Assembly: GCA_965644315.1 (NCBI GenBank) | Contig: CBFFRQ010000079.1 | Coordinates: 1-64,000 of the forward strand | DNA: 64,000 nucleotides | Direction of reading: 5' to 3' | From: Caecitellus pseudoparvulus | Taxonomy: Eukaryota; Protista; Bigyra: Bicosoecida | Shown here: positions 54,803-64,000 of the stretch, piece after piece | Layout: each line of letters begins with the position of its first letter | Numbering within the stretch: position 1 is the first letter of the stretch | Translations under genes and position numbers: made by a program | Notes under the pieces: model-generated | What the model was told of the DNA's origin: nothing | Databases searched by the model: none | Seen by the model: only the letters and a program-made list of their open reading frames with translations

Positions 54803-56731
54803 TCAACTGCGTGCCACAACTGAAAGCTCCACACCGGAGTCCGTGTGGTCTGCAGCTCCAGGTCGAGCAGGCTGCCCTGTCGCCGGTTCCGTTCGCACAA
54901 CTCGCTGCTTGATGGAGTCCCCCGACCCATCCACAGTGGCCTCCGCACCTTCTGGGTGCACGTCCTGTGGCTTTTGCACTGCCCCCACCTGTGGAGGTGG
55001 ACAGGCCCAGGCACGCAGCGGAGCGCACGCGCCGGGGGGCCACAAGCTGCCGAAGAAGGTGGCGATGGCGCTCGGGTTGGTTTCCTTGGTAGGGTAGCCT
55101 GCAAGGGTGGCAAAGACCCAGAACAGAGTCAGAACACCCACCCAGATACTGTACAGGACAACGACGAACGGACCCAGGCCCAGGTGTGCGAATCCCCAGA
55201 ATGGGTTGATGATGCCCAGCAGCAACATGACGCGGCCGCCGACCTTGTGCACAACCTCCCACACGCGGCGGCAGGTGGTGGGGGGCACACCCTTGGTGAC
55301 GTGTGGGCGGGCGCAGCCATTGACAGCCTGCTGCAGGCCCAGGACCACCACCAGCAGCCCAATGACGGCGTGGGGGCGTGCGGAGAGTGAGATGGCGAAG
55401 GGGCTGCTCTGGTTCATGAGGATGCCCACAATAAAGGCAGCGAACATGAGGACAACACCGGCAACCTGCAGCATCCAGTGCAGAGTGAACCACAGCGGCC
55501 CCAACCCGCGCCCAAACCGTGCGATGGTGACACCAAGAGGGAGCAGAATGCCCCAGCCCAGGAGCATGAGCAGTCCGTGCGTCGTGCGCAGAGGCGCAGC
55601 CGACTCACACGGCAACTGGCGCAGGCCGTCAGTGGAGTCGCCCTTCAGCAACCACAGCTCTGTGGAGCCTTCTGAGCCACCGAAAAAGTACACGCCCAGG
55701 GCCGTGCCAGGGTGCTGGCCACTGGCGGGTGGCGGCGTGAGTGCCAGGGCGGGCGCTGCGGCCGACCGGACGCTGGGAAGGGCGGCACCACGCGGCACGA
55801 CCAAGTTCCACTGCGCACTGAGCGTGTCCAGCACAGACACTTGTCCTTGCTCACCAGAGCCGTACAGCCCCCCTGCGCCGCCAAAACTCAAGACACGGCG
55901 CGTGGAGTTTGGCAGCTGCGCCAGCGCTGGGTACCTGCGCGGCCCCGCACACGTCGGCACTGACGTCCACCGCCCTGGCCCCCGGGAGGTGGCAGAGCCT
56001 CCCGCTTGGGCGGCCGACGCGAACGTCCACACGTCCTGTCCGGGACAGGGCCCGTACCCGCCGCTGCCACACCCGCCGTGCATGGTGAGAGCGCCGTCAC
56101 GCCCAACCACGCCGCCGGCCTGACACCGACGGGAGGGCCGCTGCACACCCGTGCTGGGGGACGTGTTATACCACGTTGCCGTCACAAGGTCCAGCATGTA
56201 TGCGTCATCCAAGCGGGGGCCGTTGCCCAGGCCGTGAGACAGCACCAGGTACCGTGGGTTGGTCGGGTCAATGCCACCGGCAGCGCCATACCGTGGCGGC
56301 GGCGCAGGGCCAGTCGTGATGAGCTCCGACCACCGCAAGGAGGTGAAGTTGAACACCCACACATCATTCAGGTTCCCGTCGCCCAGCCCCGTCGCGACGT
56401 AGAAGCCGTTCAGGCCCAGCTCTGCGCTCTGTGCGACGCCAAACACGGCGTCGAAGCGGCGAGGCGGCGGCGTACCGACCTCGTCAGTGACGTCACGCCA
56501 CACCCCTGTCGAGGTGTTGAACAAGTACGTGTCCTCTCTGATGCCCCCGATGCCAGTGCCGCCGTACAGGACCAGCTGCTCCCCCCACGCGTCGTAGCCC
56601 AGCGTGGCCGAGCGCCGTGCCGTGGGGATGTCTCCGCTTGCAGCCACCATCTCCCACTCAAGCGGCATGGCTGCCCCGCTGCTCAGCGCAGCAGCCGCGA
56701 ACAGGAGGGAAGCGTACTTTATTGAAGACAT
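54803..56731 (-). CDS. Signal-peptide Kelch-repeat + cytochrome b561 membrane protein
   Basis: Signal peptide MSSIKYASLLFAAAA; Kelch motifs (P.AR..A, LYGG, NDVWVFN..W); b561 histidines in HGLLM, WFTLH, PHAVIG, WEVVH. Confidence 0.85.
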   Translation of the reverse strand: MSSIKYASLLFAAAALSSGAAMPLEWEMVAASGDIPTARRSATLGYDAWGEQLVLYGGTGIGGIREDTYLFNTSTGVWRDVTDEVGTPPPRRFDAVFGVAQSAELGLNGFYVATGLGDGNLNDVWVFNFTSLRWSELITTGPAPPPRYGAAGGIDPTNPRYLVLSHGLGNGPRLDDAYMLDLVTATWYNTSPSTGVQRPSRRCQAGGVVGRDGALTMHGGCGSGGYGPCPGQDVWTFASAAQAGGSATSRGPGRWTSVPTCAGPRRYPALAQLPNSTRRVLSFGGAGGLYGSGEQGQVSVLDTLSAQWNLVVPRGAALPSVRSAAAPALALTPPPASGQHPGTALGVYFFGGSEGSTELWLLKGDSTDGLRQLPCESAAPLRTTHGLLMLLGWGILLPLGVTIARFGRGLGPLWFTLHWMLQVAGVVLMFAAFIVGILMNQSSPFAISLSARPHAVIGLLVVVLGLQQAVNGCARPHVTKGVPPTTCRRVWEVVHKVGGRVMLLLGIINPFWGFAHLGLGPFVVVLYSIWVGVLTLFWVFATLAGYPTKETNPSAIATFFGSLWPPGACAPLRAWACPPPQVGAVQKPQDVHPEGAEATVDGSGDSIKQRVVRTEPATGQPARPGAADHTDSGVELSVVARS

Positions 56732-57539
56732 GAGTGTGTCTGCGAAACAGGGCATGCAGCCGCAATGTGAAAGGGTTCGCAAGGCCGCCGCCCAGCTTGC
56801 GGCTGCGGTGCGTGGCTTGTGCGACTGCGAGGCGGCGCTTGCCGAGATCAACGCGCATCCTTGACAAGAACGCATGTGATCTTCTGGGATAAAACCATTC
56901 ATAAATACCTACAACGTTGATACAATGTACCAATGCGCCCCGGAACGGCACAAAAGCGGCGTGCAAAAATGGGTCAGATTCCGCACGGATTCGCTGGGCC
57001 GTGCCACAAAACGCTGGACGCGCCCGCTGACCTTGCACGCGGTTGCAGAAGGCAAGTCATGACACACAGTATACTTCACGCACAAGTTAGATCTCCTTTG
57101 CTCTCAGTTCCCAGGTTTCTGGGCACGTGAGGCTGGAGTGCAGCCTTGCCGTCGGTGGTGGTGATGACAGATGTCTCGCAAGCTCCCTTCCACGAGCAGC
57201 TCACGATTTCAATGCCGCGTGTGAACATGGAAGGCTTCCCGCGGAAGTCTTGGGTTGTTTTTGATTTTTTCTGTGGCGATGCCTTTGCCAGCCGCTGCAC
57301 CAGCTGACGTTGTGGAGGGGGGGTGCTGGACCCAAACCTGCGACTCTCGTGGGCGAGCGCGCACGGCAAGCCGGTGCACGCATGCGCCAAAACGCATCCC
57401 CATGGAGCTTGACATCTGCATGGTGCAGCAGCGACCCCACTTTGTACTTGAGTCTACAACAGCAGCTTGCTGAGCCAGCTGGCTCATTCAGCAAGGCCAG
57501 GATGCGTGAGGCAAGCTTGCGTGCCTCGCGTGTTGTGAG

Positions 57540-60500
57540 ATGAGCCGACGAAAGCGCGCCGAGCGAGCGGTTCCAGAGCTTGGGCACCACCATGGCGGGG
57601 ACTTTGGCACGTACATGGCCCACAAGCAGGCCAAGCTGCGGTACCAGATGGCTGACTACGGGTGAGGCATGTGACGCAACGCAGGCGAAACGCAAGCAAG
57701 GAGTCGACACCCGCTCGCTGCAGGGCTGGTCCATCCGAGGCAGGCGCGTTGTCTGGCGTGGCGGTGTATATCAATGGCCAGACTCACCCGCCGCTGGAGG
57801 AGCTGAAGCTGCTGGTGGCGTCCAATGGAGGTCGAGTGGAGCACTACTACTCCAAAGCCGTCTGCACGCACATGGTGGCTGAGGAGCTGCCTGACACCAA
57901 GGCGAAGGAGCTGCTCGCTGAGCGGCAGTGTGTGCCAGTGGTGTACCCATCTTGGCTGCTGGACAGCATCAAGGCGGGCAGACGCCTGCCAGAGCGGGAG
58001 TACCTGCTGCCTGCGTTTCGAGGGCGCTGGGGAGGAAGCATTGCTGCGATGCTGGGGGCCGCGGACAGCAAGGCCCCTGCGGTGGCTGCGCCGCTGCCCC
58101 CCCCTGCCCGGCAGCGCAAGGCGCCTGCACGGGCCATGGTGGAGGCCCCCCCTCGCAATGGGCAGGAGACGGGGGAAGGCTTCATGCAGCAGTACTACCA
58201 GGCCTCTCGCCTGCACTTCATCGGAGCATACCGTGCCAAGGTCAGCACCATGGTGCGGGAGGGGCTGGTGGGCACCGAAGCAGACGAGGCCCACAGGCAG
58301 GAGGGTGCCCCTGGTGCAGACCCCGTCGTGGTGGCCCCTGCCGTCCCTGACGAGGTGGACATGGAGGGGGATGCCGACGAGGGGGTGGAGGGGGGGGCAT
58401 GGGAGGCGGGGGACGCTTGGAGCGACGCGAACCCTGCACGGGGTGTCGCTGGACTCCAGCAGCGCCCTGCCTCTGTCGCAGCCCGCACCATCGTGCACTT
58501 GGACATGGACTGCTTCTTCGCGTCAGTCATGCTGCTGCGATACCCGCAGTACGCCGACTCGCCGGTCGTCGTCGCGCATGCAGGGACGGCGGGGTCGAAG
58601 CAGGAGCCCATCGCGGCAGCCCAGTGGCTCGCAGGCGGCTTTGGCATGGGCGGCGAGATCAGCTCTGCGAACTACGTCGCCCGGCGCTCTGGCGTGCGGG
58701 CTGGCATGTGGATGCGCCCCGCCGTGTCCAAGTGCCCCGACCTGGTCATCCTGCCCTACGACTTCCGCGCCATTGACGCGGCTTCCCGCGCGGCCTTCGG
58801 CTGCATCGTGCGTTTCGGGCGTGGTGACTTCAGGGTGCTGTCGTCCTCGGGCACCGTCCTGCTGGATGCGCCGCTGCAGGGCACTGTGCGCGCAGTGGAG
58901 GCCATGTCTTGCGACGAGGCATACCTGGACATCACCGGCACGTCAGACCCTGCCGCCTTTGTGACTCGGCTGCGCCAGGCAGTGCACGCCGCGACGGGCG
59001 GGTGCACGGCTTCCGCCGGCATCGCCCGCAACAAGCTACTGGCACGCTTGTGCACACGGGAAGCCAAGCCGAACGGGCAGGCCATGCTGGGGGCTGACGA
59101 CGGCGCAGTGGCGCGGTTCCTCGCCCCCATGTCCGTGTCCATCGTGCCTGGCATTGGCTGGGCCACGGTGAAACGCCTGAAAGCGGAGCGCGGCGTGGAG
59201 ACGGTGCTGCAGCTGCAAGGCACGCCGCTCGGCCTGCTGCAGGCGTGGTTTGGGCCCAAGCAGGGCGAGGCCGTGTACCGTGCAGCGCGGGGTGATGACG
59301 GCGATGTGCCGGTTGCACCCGTGAAGCAGCGCAAGAGCGTGTCGGCCGAGGTGAATTGGGGCTTGCGTTTCAAGAGCCAGGGCAAGCTGGACACGTTCAT
59401 CGCGGAGCTGGTGGCTGAGGCGGTGCACCGGTTGCACAGGGCCCTCATCATGGATGAAGGGCACGCCACAGCGCCAAGTGTGCCGTCCGGCTCACCTGCG
59501 CCTGGGTATGTGCGGGTGCGTGGGTATGCCTCCCGCAACGTGACGCTGAAAGTCATGCAGCGGCGTGCAGGGGAGGGCGAGTCCCTCAAACACCTGGGGC
59601 ACGGCATCTGTGATACCCACTCTCGCAGCCTGACCCTGCCCACGCCCCTGGTCGTGCGCCACACGGTCTCTCTGCCCAGCGGCGAGGAGGACGACGGGGG
59701 CGTGGGGGCGGCCTCCGCCATGCTCCTGTCCGCTGTGTCCAGCATGCTGCGCAAGCTGGCTGTGCCAGTGCAGGATGTCCGGGGGCTGGGCATCGCCATC
59801 GCACGGCTGCAGAGCAAGCACGTGCGAGTGCGCGTGCACCAAGCAGAGCAGCTGTCACCCGCCGCCCCCTCGGACAGCCCGACACGGGGGGACGCAGCAC
59901 AGACCACCCTGCCGCCTGCTGCAAGCGGCGGTGCTGCCGAGAGCAGTGCCCCAGCATCACCCCCCACGGCGCCAGCATCCCACACACGTGGGGATCTCTC
60001 ACCCTCTGACGTGGCCCCTGGACTCAGTCGGGCGGACCCAGATGTCTGGGCGGCCTTGCCGCCCGACATTCGCGCCGAGTACACTGCTCAAGTTGCGCGC
60101 AGGCGGCGCAACACAGGGCTGCTCCCGGTGCTGCTGCAGGCACGGCGCTTGGAGGGCGCCAGCACTGCCCCACGCCAATCACCGCATGCCACCGCTGGCA
60201 CTGACGACTCCCCGGGCACCCCATCCCCGCCACCTCGGACCAAGCGACCACGGGGCGCGCCAAGCACAGACTCGGTGTCGGCGGGAACCCGAAAACAGCG
60301 CCGTCTGCACCTGGATGACGTGGAGGCTGAGCGCCGGAAGCGGCGTGCGGCATTCTGGGCGCAGCGGCAGGAACGGCAACAGCTGCAAGATTGCAAGAGC
60401 ACCCCTGACAGCGCCATTGAAGTCAGCTCTGACTCCGATACAGAGACATGCCTGCCGAGTCATGCTGGCTCGCACACGTCACCTGGTGCCAGCAGTAGTG

Positions 60501-61672
60501 AGTCCGAGTCAGATGGGGCCAGTGTGGTGGCCATGGAGTCCCAGCCCCGCCCTGCGTCCCCGCAGGCAGAGGGGGTGCAGGAGGGTGCTGTGGACCCCCC
60601 TGCGCCAGACGGCTTCACTGACGACGTGTGGGCTTGTCTGGACCCCAGCGTGAAAGCGCAGGTTCTTGAAGCACTGGGGTCCACAGCGCCCCCTCGCCCG
60701 GAGCCTGACGCGAGCCATGCCGACCAGCGCAAGGCAATGGCTCCACCCCCACCACGGCGGGCTGGTAAGCCACGGCAGACCAGCATGTCTGTCCTGCGTG
60801 TCTCGCACAGGCGAGGTGGGGCGGAGGGGGGCGCCTTCACCGCCTCCCAAACAGCCGCCCTGGCCGACGCCAGGGTGGATCTGGACGTCCTGCACGCCCT
60901 GCCGCCGCCCCTGAAAGCGCAGGTCCTGCACGATGCCAAGCGGACCGCCAAGCGCCGTGCTCTGGGCAGGCAAGTGTCGGTGCATGGCGCGGCGCTGGCG
61001 GCAGCAGGCGTGGCAGGAAGGCACATCTCCGACACTGGCCGAGCCGTGGCGCTGTCCGGGCTGCCCACCAAGCAGTCGGCGGTGGCGCAGCAGGAACGCA
61101 TCCTGGCAGGCATCAAGCGCCGGGCAGCACGCGCTGCGGCAGAGGCGGCGGCCGCCCGGACACCCGTAAGCATGCCGCCCGGCACACACCCCCGGTACGA
61201 GGGGTGGTACGCTGCAGCAGCCAAGGGGGCAGCGCTCCTGCAGCCCCGGCGTGTGGGGCGGAGCACGCCCCCTGCAGTCCATGCAGAGGGCGGGGAGGGT
61301 GCAAGTGGACTCGGAGGTGATCTGAGCCTGGACGACCCACACCTGCTCTCCCGCCTGAGAGGGCTGCGCGCCACGCAGGCACCTGCTGGGCCTGCAGAGG
61401 GCGTGCGGATCGCCCGTGCCCTGCGAGGCGACCACTCTGCCGCGGCGTGGCAGGCGGGCGGTCTTGCACTCATGCAGCTGCTGGCGGCGGGGGGGGTGGA
61501 CGGGGTGGTGGCTGCCGTGCAACACCTGGCGGTGGACACCCGGGGCTTGCCCGCGCACGCGGCGCCTGTTCTCTCCACAGTGCGGGAGGCTCTTCGTGTC
61601 GAGCAAAGCCGTTGGGATGCAGAGCTGGACGTGAGGACCAGGGGGCAGCACGTGCGAGGCATGGAGGAGTAG
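57540..61672 (+). CDS. REV1: REV1 translesion deoxycytidyl transferase (intron 57662-57723)
   Basis: Exon 1 DFGTYMAHKQAKLRYQ; BRCT domain (GVAVYING.T.P, VVYPSWLLDSI); YYQASRLHFI; VHLDMDCFFASV; SCDEAY; LGHGICD; UBM-like DPDVWAALPPDIR. Confidence 0.96.
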
Positions 61673-61903
61673 GTGGACAGGCTGCCTTTTCTGCACCGCA
61701 CAGGGTTCCACAGGAGGCGGGCACTTTCCACACCACACCTGCGTGTCACTGCACCACCAGGGATCTCAGAGGTGTCCGGAATGTTACTTCCAAGCCTTTC
61801 GTGCTGGGATTCCAGACACCTCATCGTAAGGGGGGGGTGTCTCCCTCCCCTGTGGACTCGCCCCCCCTCAGGCCAGCCTGCGCTCAACCTTGGCTGGCAA
61901 GCA

Positions 61904-62370
61904 CATGAAGCAGCAGCAGCAGCAGTCCAAGCGGTACCAGGCGCTGGAATCCTTGCTGAGTGTGAGGGAGGCAGGTCCGTCAGAGGTGTTCGCCTCCACG
62001 ACACTGGCTGCTGAACGATCTCGGAACGTGGCCCCCCCAGCGCTGGACGTGTCAACCGCCCCGCCTTCTCATCTGCTCAGCCTGGTGGGGCAGGCACTGA
62101 AGTGGCAGGAGCACGTGGGAATGCTGCCGCCTGGCGGTCGCTGCGGTGTCTTTCGAGGTGTCGCTCCGCGCCTGCGCCAGCTAGTGGACAAGTCAGCCGT
62201 GGCAACCGCTGGCAAGCTGCGCCAGGGCGGCGCCCATGCACAAGGCCGTGTCCTTCACGCCAGACGGCAGCCGCCTGGTGACGGGAAACAGCCAGGGCTT
62301 TGTTGGGGTGTGGGACGCCATGGTGCACAAACTGGACAACCGCCTGACGTACCAGATGGCAGAAGGGGGC
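61904..62370 (+). pseudogene. SMU1: Degenerate internal fragment of WD40 splicing factor SMU1
   Basis: VSTAPPSHLLSLVGQALKWQEHVGMLPPG..FRG and, in a second frame, FTPDGSRLVTGNSQGFVGVW...LTYQ match SMU1. The N-terminal LisH/CTLH region and later WD40 repeats are missing. Confidence 0.75.
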
Positions 62371-62603
62371 GACGTGCATGCCAGGTGCTTCCTTTGCGTC
62401 ACTGCCAGCCACCCAGAGGTTGGCAGACTTGGCTGCCGCACTCAAAAGCCACTTCCACTCACACACCAAACGCAAGCCTCATACCATACTCGCCAAACGA
62501 CTCCCTGCAGAGTCGTTAGGGCCGCCTGTCCAGCCCAGGCTCTGTGCTAGCCTCGCGTTTCGGGTGCTGCTGCGGAATTTGCGCTGGAAACGCAGCCTCT
62601 GCA

Positions 62604-63983
62604 ATGGCCGCCATGTCTGCAGACGAGGGGGAGTCACACCCCTTCCTCCATGAGTACATAGATTCTTCGACATCGTCGGAAGATATTCTTCTGGAAGGCG
62701 TTCAGGCGCCTGTGCACGTCCCGGGCAGCTGGCGCGATCAGTTGGAGAGCATTCTGGGCGAAATCCGAGCCAAGGAGCTGCCGGGGCGTGTGCGCCGCGG
62801 CCTTCTGTATGCGCTTCCTGAGACAGTGTGTGTGCTGGATGCACCACTGCACCCCTCAAGCTTGGGGGGCACGTCAGTCATTCTCCCCGAGCACGGCGCA
62901 GCGGCGGCCTTGCAAGCCAGGCTTGTAAACACCCCAGAAGGTGCCTCAGGAAGTCTCCTTGTCCCACACTGTCACCCAGCGGTGACGCATGTACAGCTGG
63001 CGTTGGGCTGCTGCCAAGTGCTTGTGCAGCTGGCAGACGCTATCGAGTACTCGGTCTCTGTTTATGGCGTGAGTGGAAGCATCAGGAAATGCGAACCGAA
63101 TGTGCGCAGGCAGAGGGTCGCGCTGGACCTGCTGAACGAAATCATGACACGGGCCAGCGAGAGCCTGTCTGACGAGTGCCCTGACAGCACGTGGGGTGGG
63201 GTTCAGCTGGCGGAAGACCACACGAAAGCAATTCTTGATTGGGTTGCTCGTCTTCCCATCGTCTGCGCTTGGCCACTTCCCCGGCCTGTGTGGAGGCAAG
63301 GTGCCGTGGAGTGCATTGCAGATGATGTGGTGCAACACTCCAGCGAGTCTGACATGCATTGCTTCGATGTCCTCATGAAGGCGGCGAAAGAGGGTCTAGA
63401 GCCTGCCCACCTCGCCGAGGTGCTCGCTTTAAGATCTGAATTGTGGATGCCGCGGCTTCCACTGAACTGGGTCGTGCACCAGCGGAGCAAGTACGAGCTC
63501 CGGCCGTCGCGAGTGCTGCTGCACGTACTGTGGGAGATGTACGGGAGAGACTGCGTGACCAGGTCAACTCACCATGTCCGCTTGCCTTCAACTCTCCCGC
63601 GGGGCACTCCTCTGGACCCTGACAGCGTGTTTACGCGCCTGATGAGTCTTCCTGGGGTGATTGAGTGGCTGAAGTGGACGCCATTTGACATGGAAGATGC
63701 CATGTATCGCTCCACGCTGCTGTATCTCGAGCCACCTGGCAGTGAAATGAGTGCGCGCTGGAGCAGCGGAGCGGCTGTGGAGAGAGACGACGACCTTGCT
63801 CTTGGTGCCCCTTACTTCCAGGGAGAACTTGCCCGCCTCATGCTCGTCTGCACGAACTGTGCACTCCTCATGGTTGATGTGCACTGGGAACCTGTGCCGG
63901 TCAGTGAGAAGCGGGCAAGCGCATCGGCTGGCCGGTGGAGCGGTGAGAGGGCGCAAGGAGGTCGGGGCTGTGAAATTCAATGA
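62604..63983 (+). CDS. Hypothetical protein (~460 aa)
   Basis: Long ORF with normal globular composition; no recognised motif. Confidence 0.6.
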   Translation: MAAMSADEGESHPFLHEYIDSSTSSEDILLEGVQAPVHVPGSWRDQLESILGEIRAKELPGRVRRGLLYALPETVCVLDAPLHPSSLGGTSVILPEHGAAAALQARLVNTPEGASGSLLVPHCHPAVTHVQLALGCCQVLVQLADAIEYSVSVYGVSGSIRKCEPNVRRQRVALDLLNEIMTRASESLSDECPDSTWGGVQLAEDHTKAILDWVARLPIVCAWPLPRPVWRQGAVECIADDVVQHSSESDMHCFDVLMKAAKEGLEPAHLAEVLALRSELWMPRLPLNWVVHQRSKYELRPSRVLLHVLWEMYGRDCVTRSTHHVRLPSTLPRGTPLDPDSVFTRLMSLPGVIEWLKWTPFDMEDAMYRSTLLYLEPPGSEMSARWSSGAAVERDDDLALGAPYFQGELARLMLVCTNCALLMVDVHWEPVPVSEKRASASAGRWSGERAQGGRGCEIQ

Positions 63984-64000
63984 CCGAGGCAAAGGATTCA

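Noticed and set aside
54534-55493. 853-aa ORF implying a long N-terminal extension of TBCEL
   Set aside because: The extension overlaps the b561 gene in another frame and is not protein-like; ATG 54533 is the plausible start.
1-64000. Endogenous virophage/Polinton host element for the Ngaro copies; rRNA or tRNA genes
   Set aside because: No AT-rich island, capsid, packaging ATPase or protein-primed polymerase ORFs, and no recognisable structural RNA genes.

Overview
GC-rich eukaryotic genomic DNA with short (~60-80 bp) GT-AG introns and very tight gene spacing. It is probably from a heterotrophic protist; a stramenopile such as a Cafeteria-like bicosoecid is my inference only. The window has two halves. 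(1) Positions 1-36.8 kb are an accessory region: a head-to-tail array of four ~4.8-5.6 kb segmental duplications. Each unit is [3' fragment of UTP20 (+)] - [ankyrin-repeat gene (-)] - [5' fragment of SEC12/PREB (+)], and the array ends in the intact SEC12 gene. The four ankyrin paralogs carry 6, 13, 6 and 11 near-identical 114-bp repeats. Their variation is concentrated in five codons on the predicted binding surface, where codon positions 1-2 vary and position 3 is almost fixed, resembling a natural DARPin-like repertoire. The array has been hit by a ~5 kb PIF/Harbinger DNA transposon and by two almost identical, inverted 5.8 kb Ngaro-type tyrosine-recombinase retrotransposons with A1-ORFs-B1-A2-B2 split repeats. 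(2) Positions 36.4-64 kb hold mostly single-copy genes: SEC12/PREB, DNA primase small subunit, two tandem double-thioredoxin-fold genes, an FG-GAP membrane protein, seipin, a cationic amino-acid transporter, an NT5DC-like nucleotidase, an AGTRAP-like protein, TBCEL, a Kelch-cytochrome b561 fusion, REV1, an SMU1 remnant and unknown ORFs. Several apparent frameshifts fall in G/C homopolymers and are probably long-read errors. All identifications come from motif recognition by eye, not database searches.
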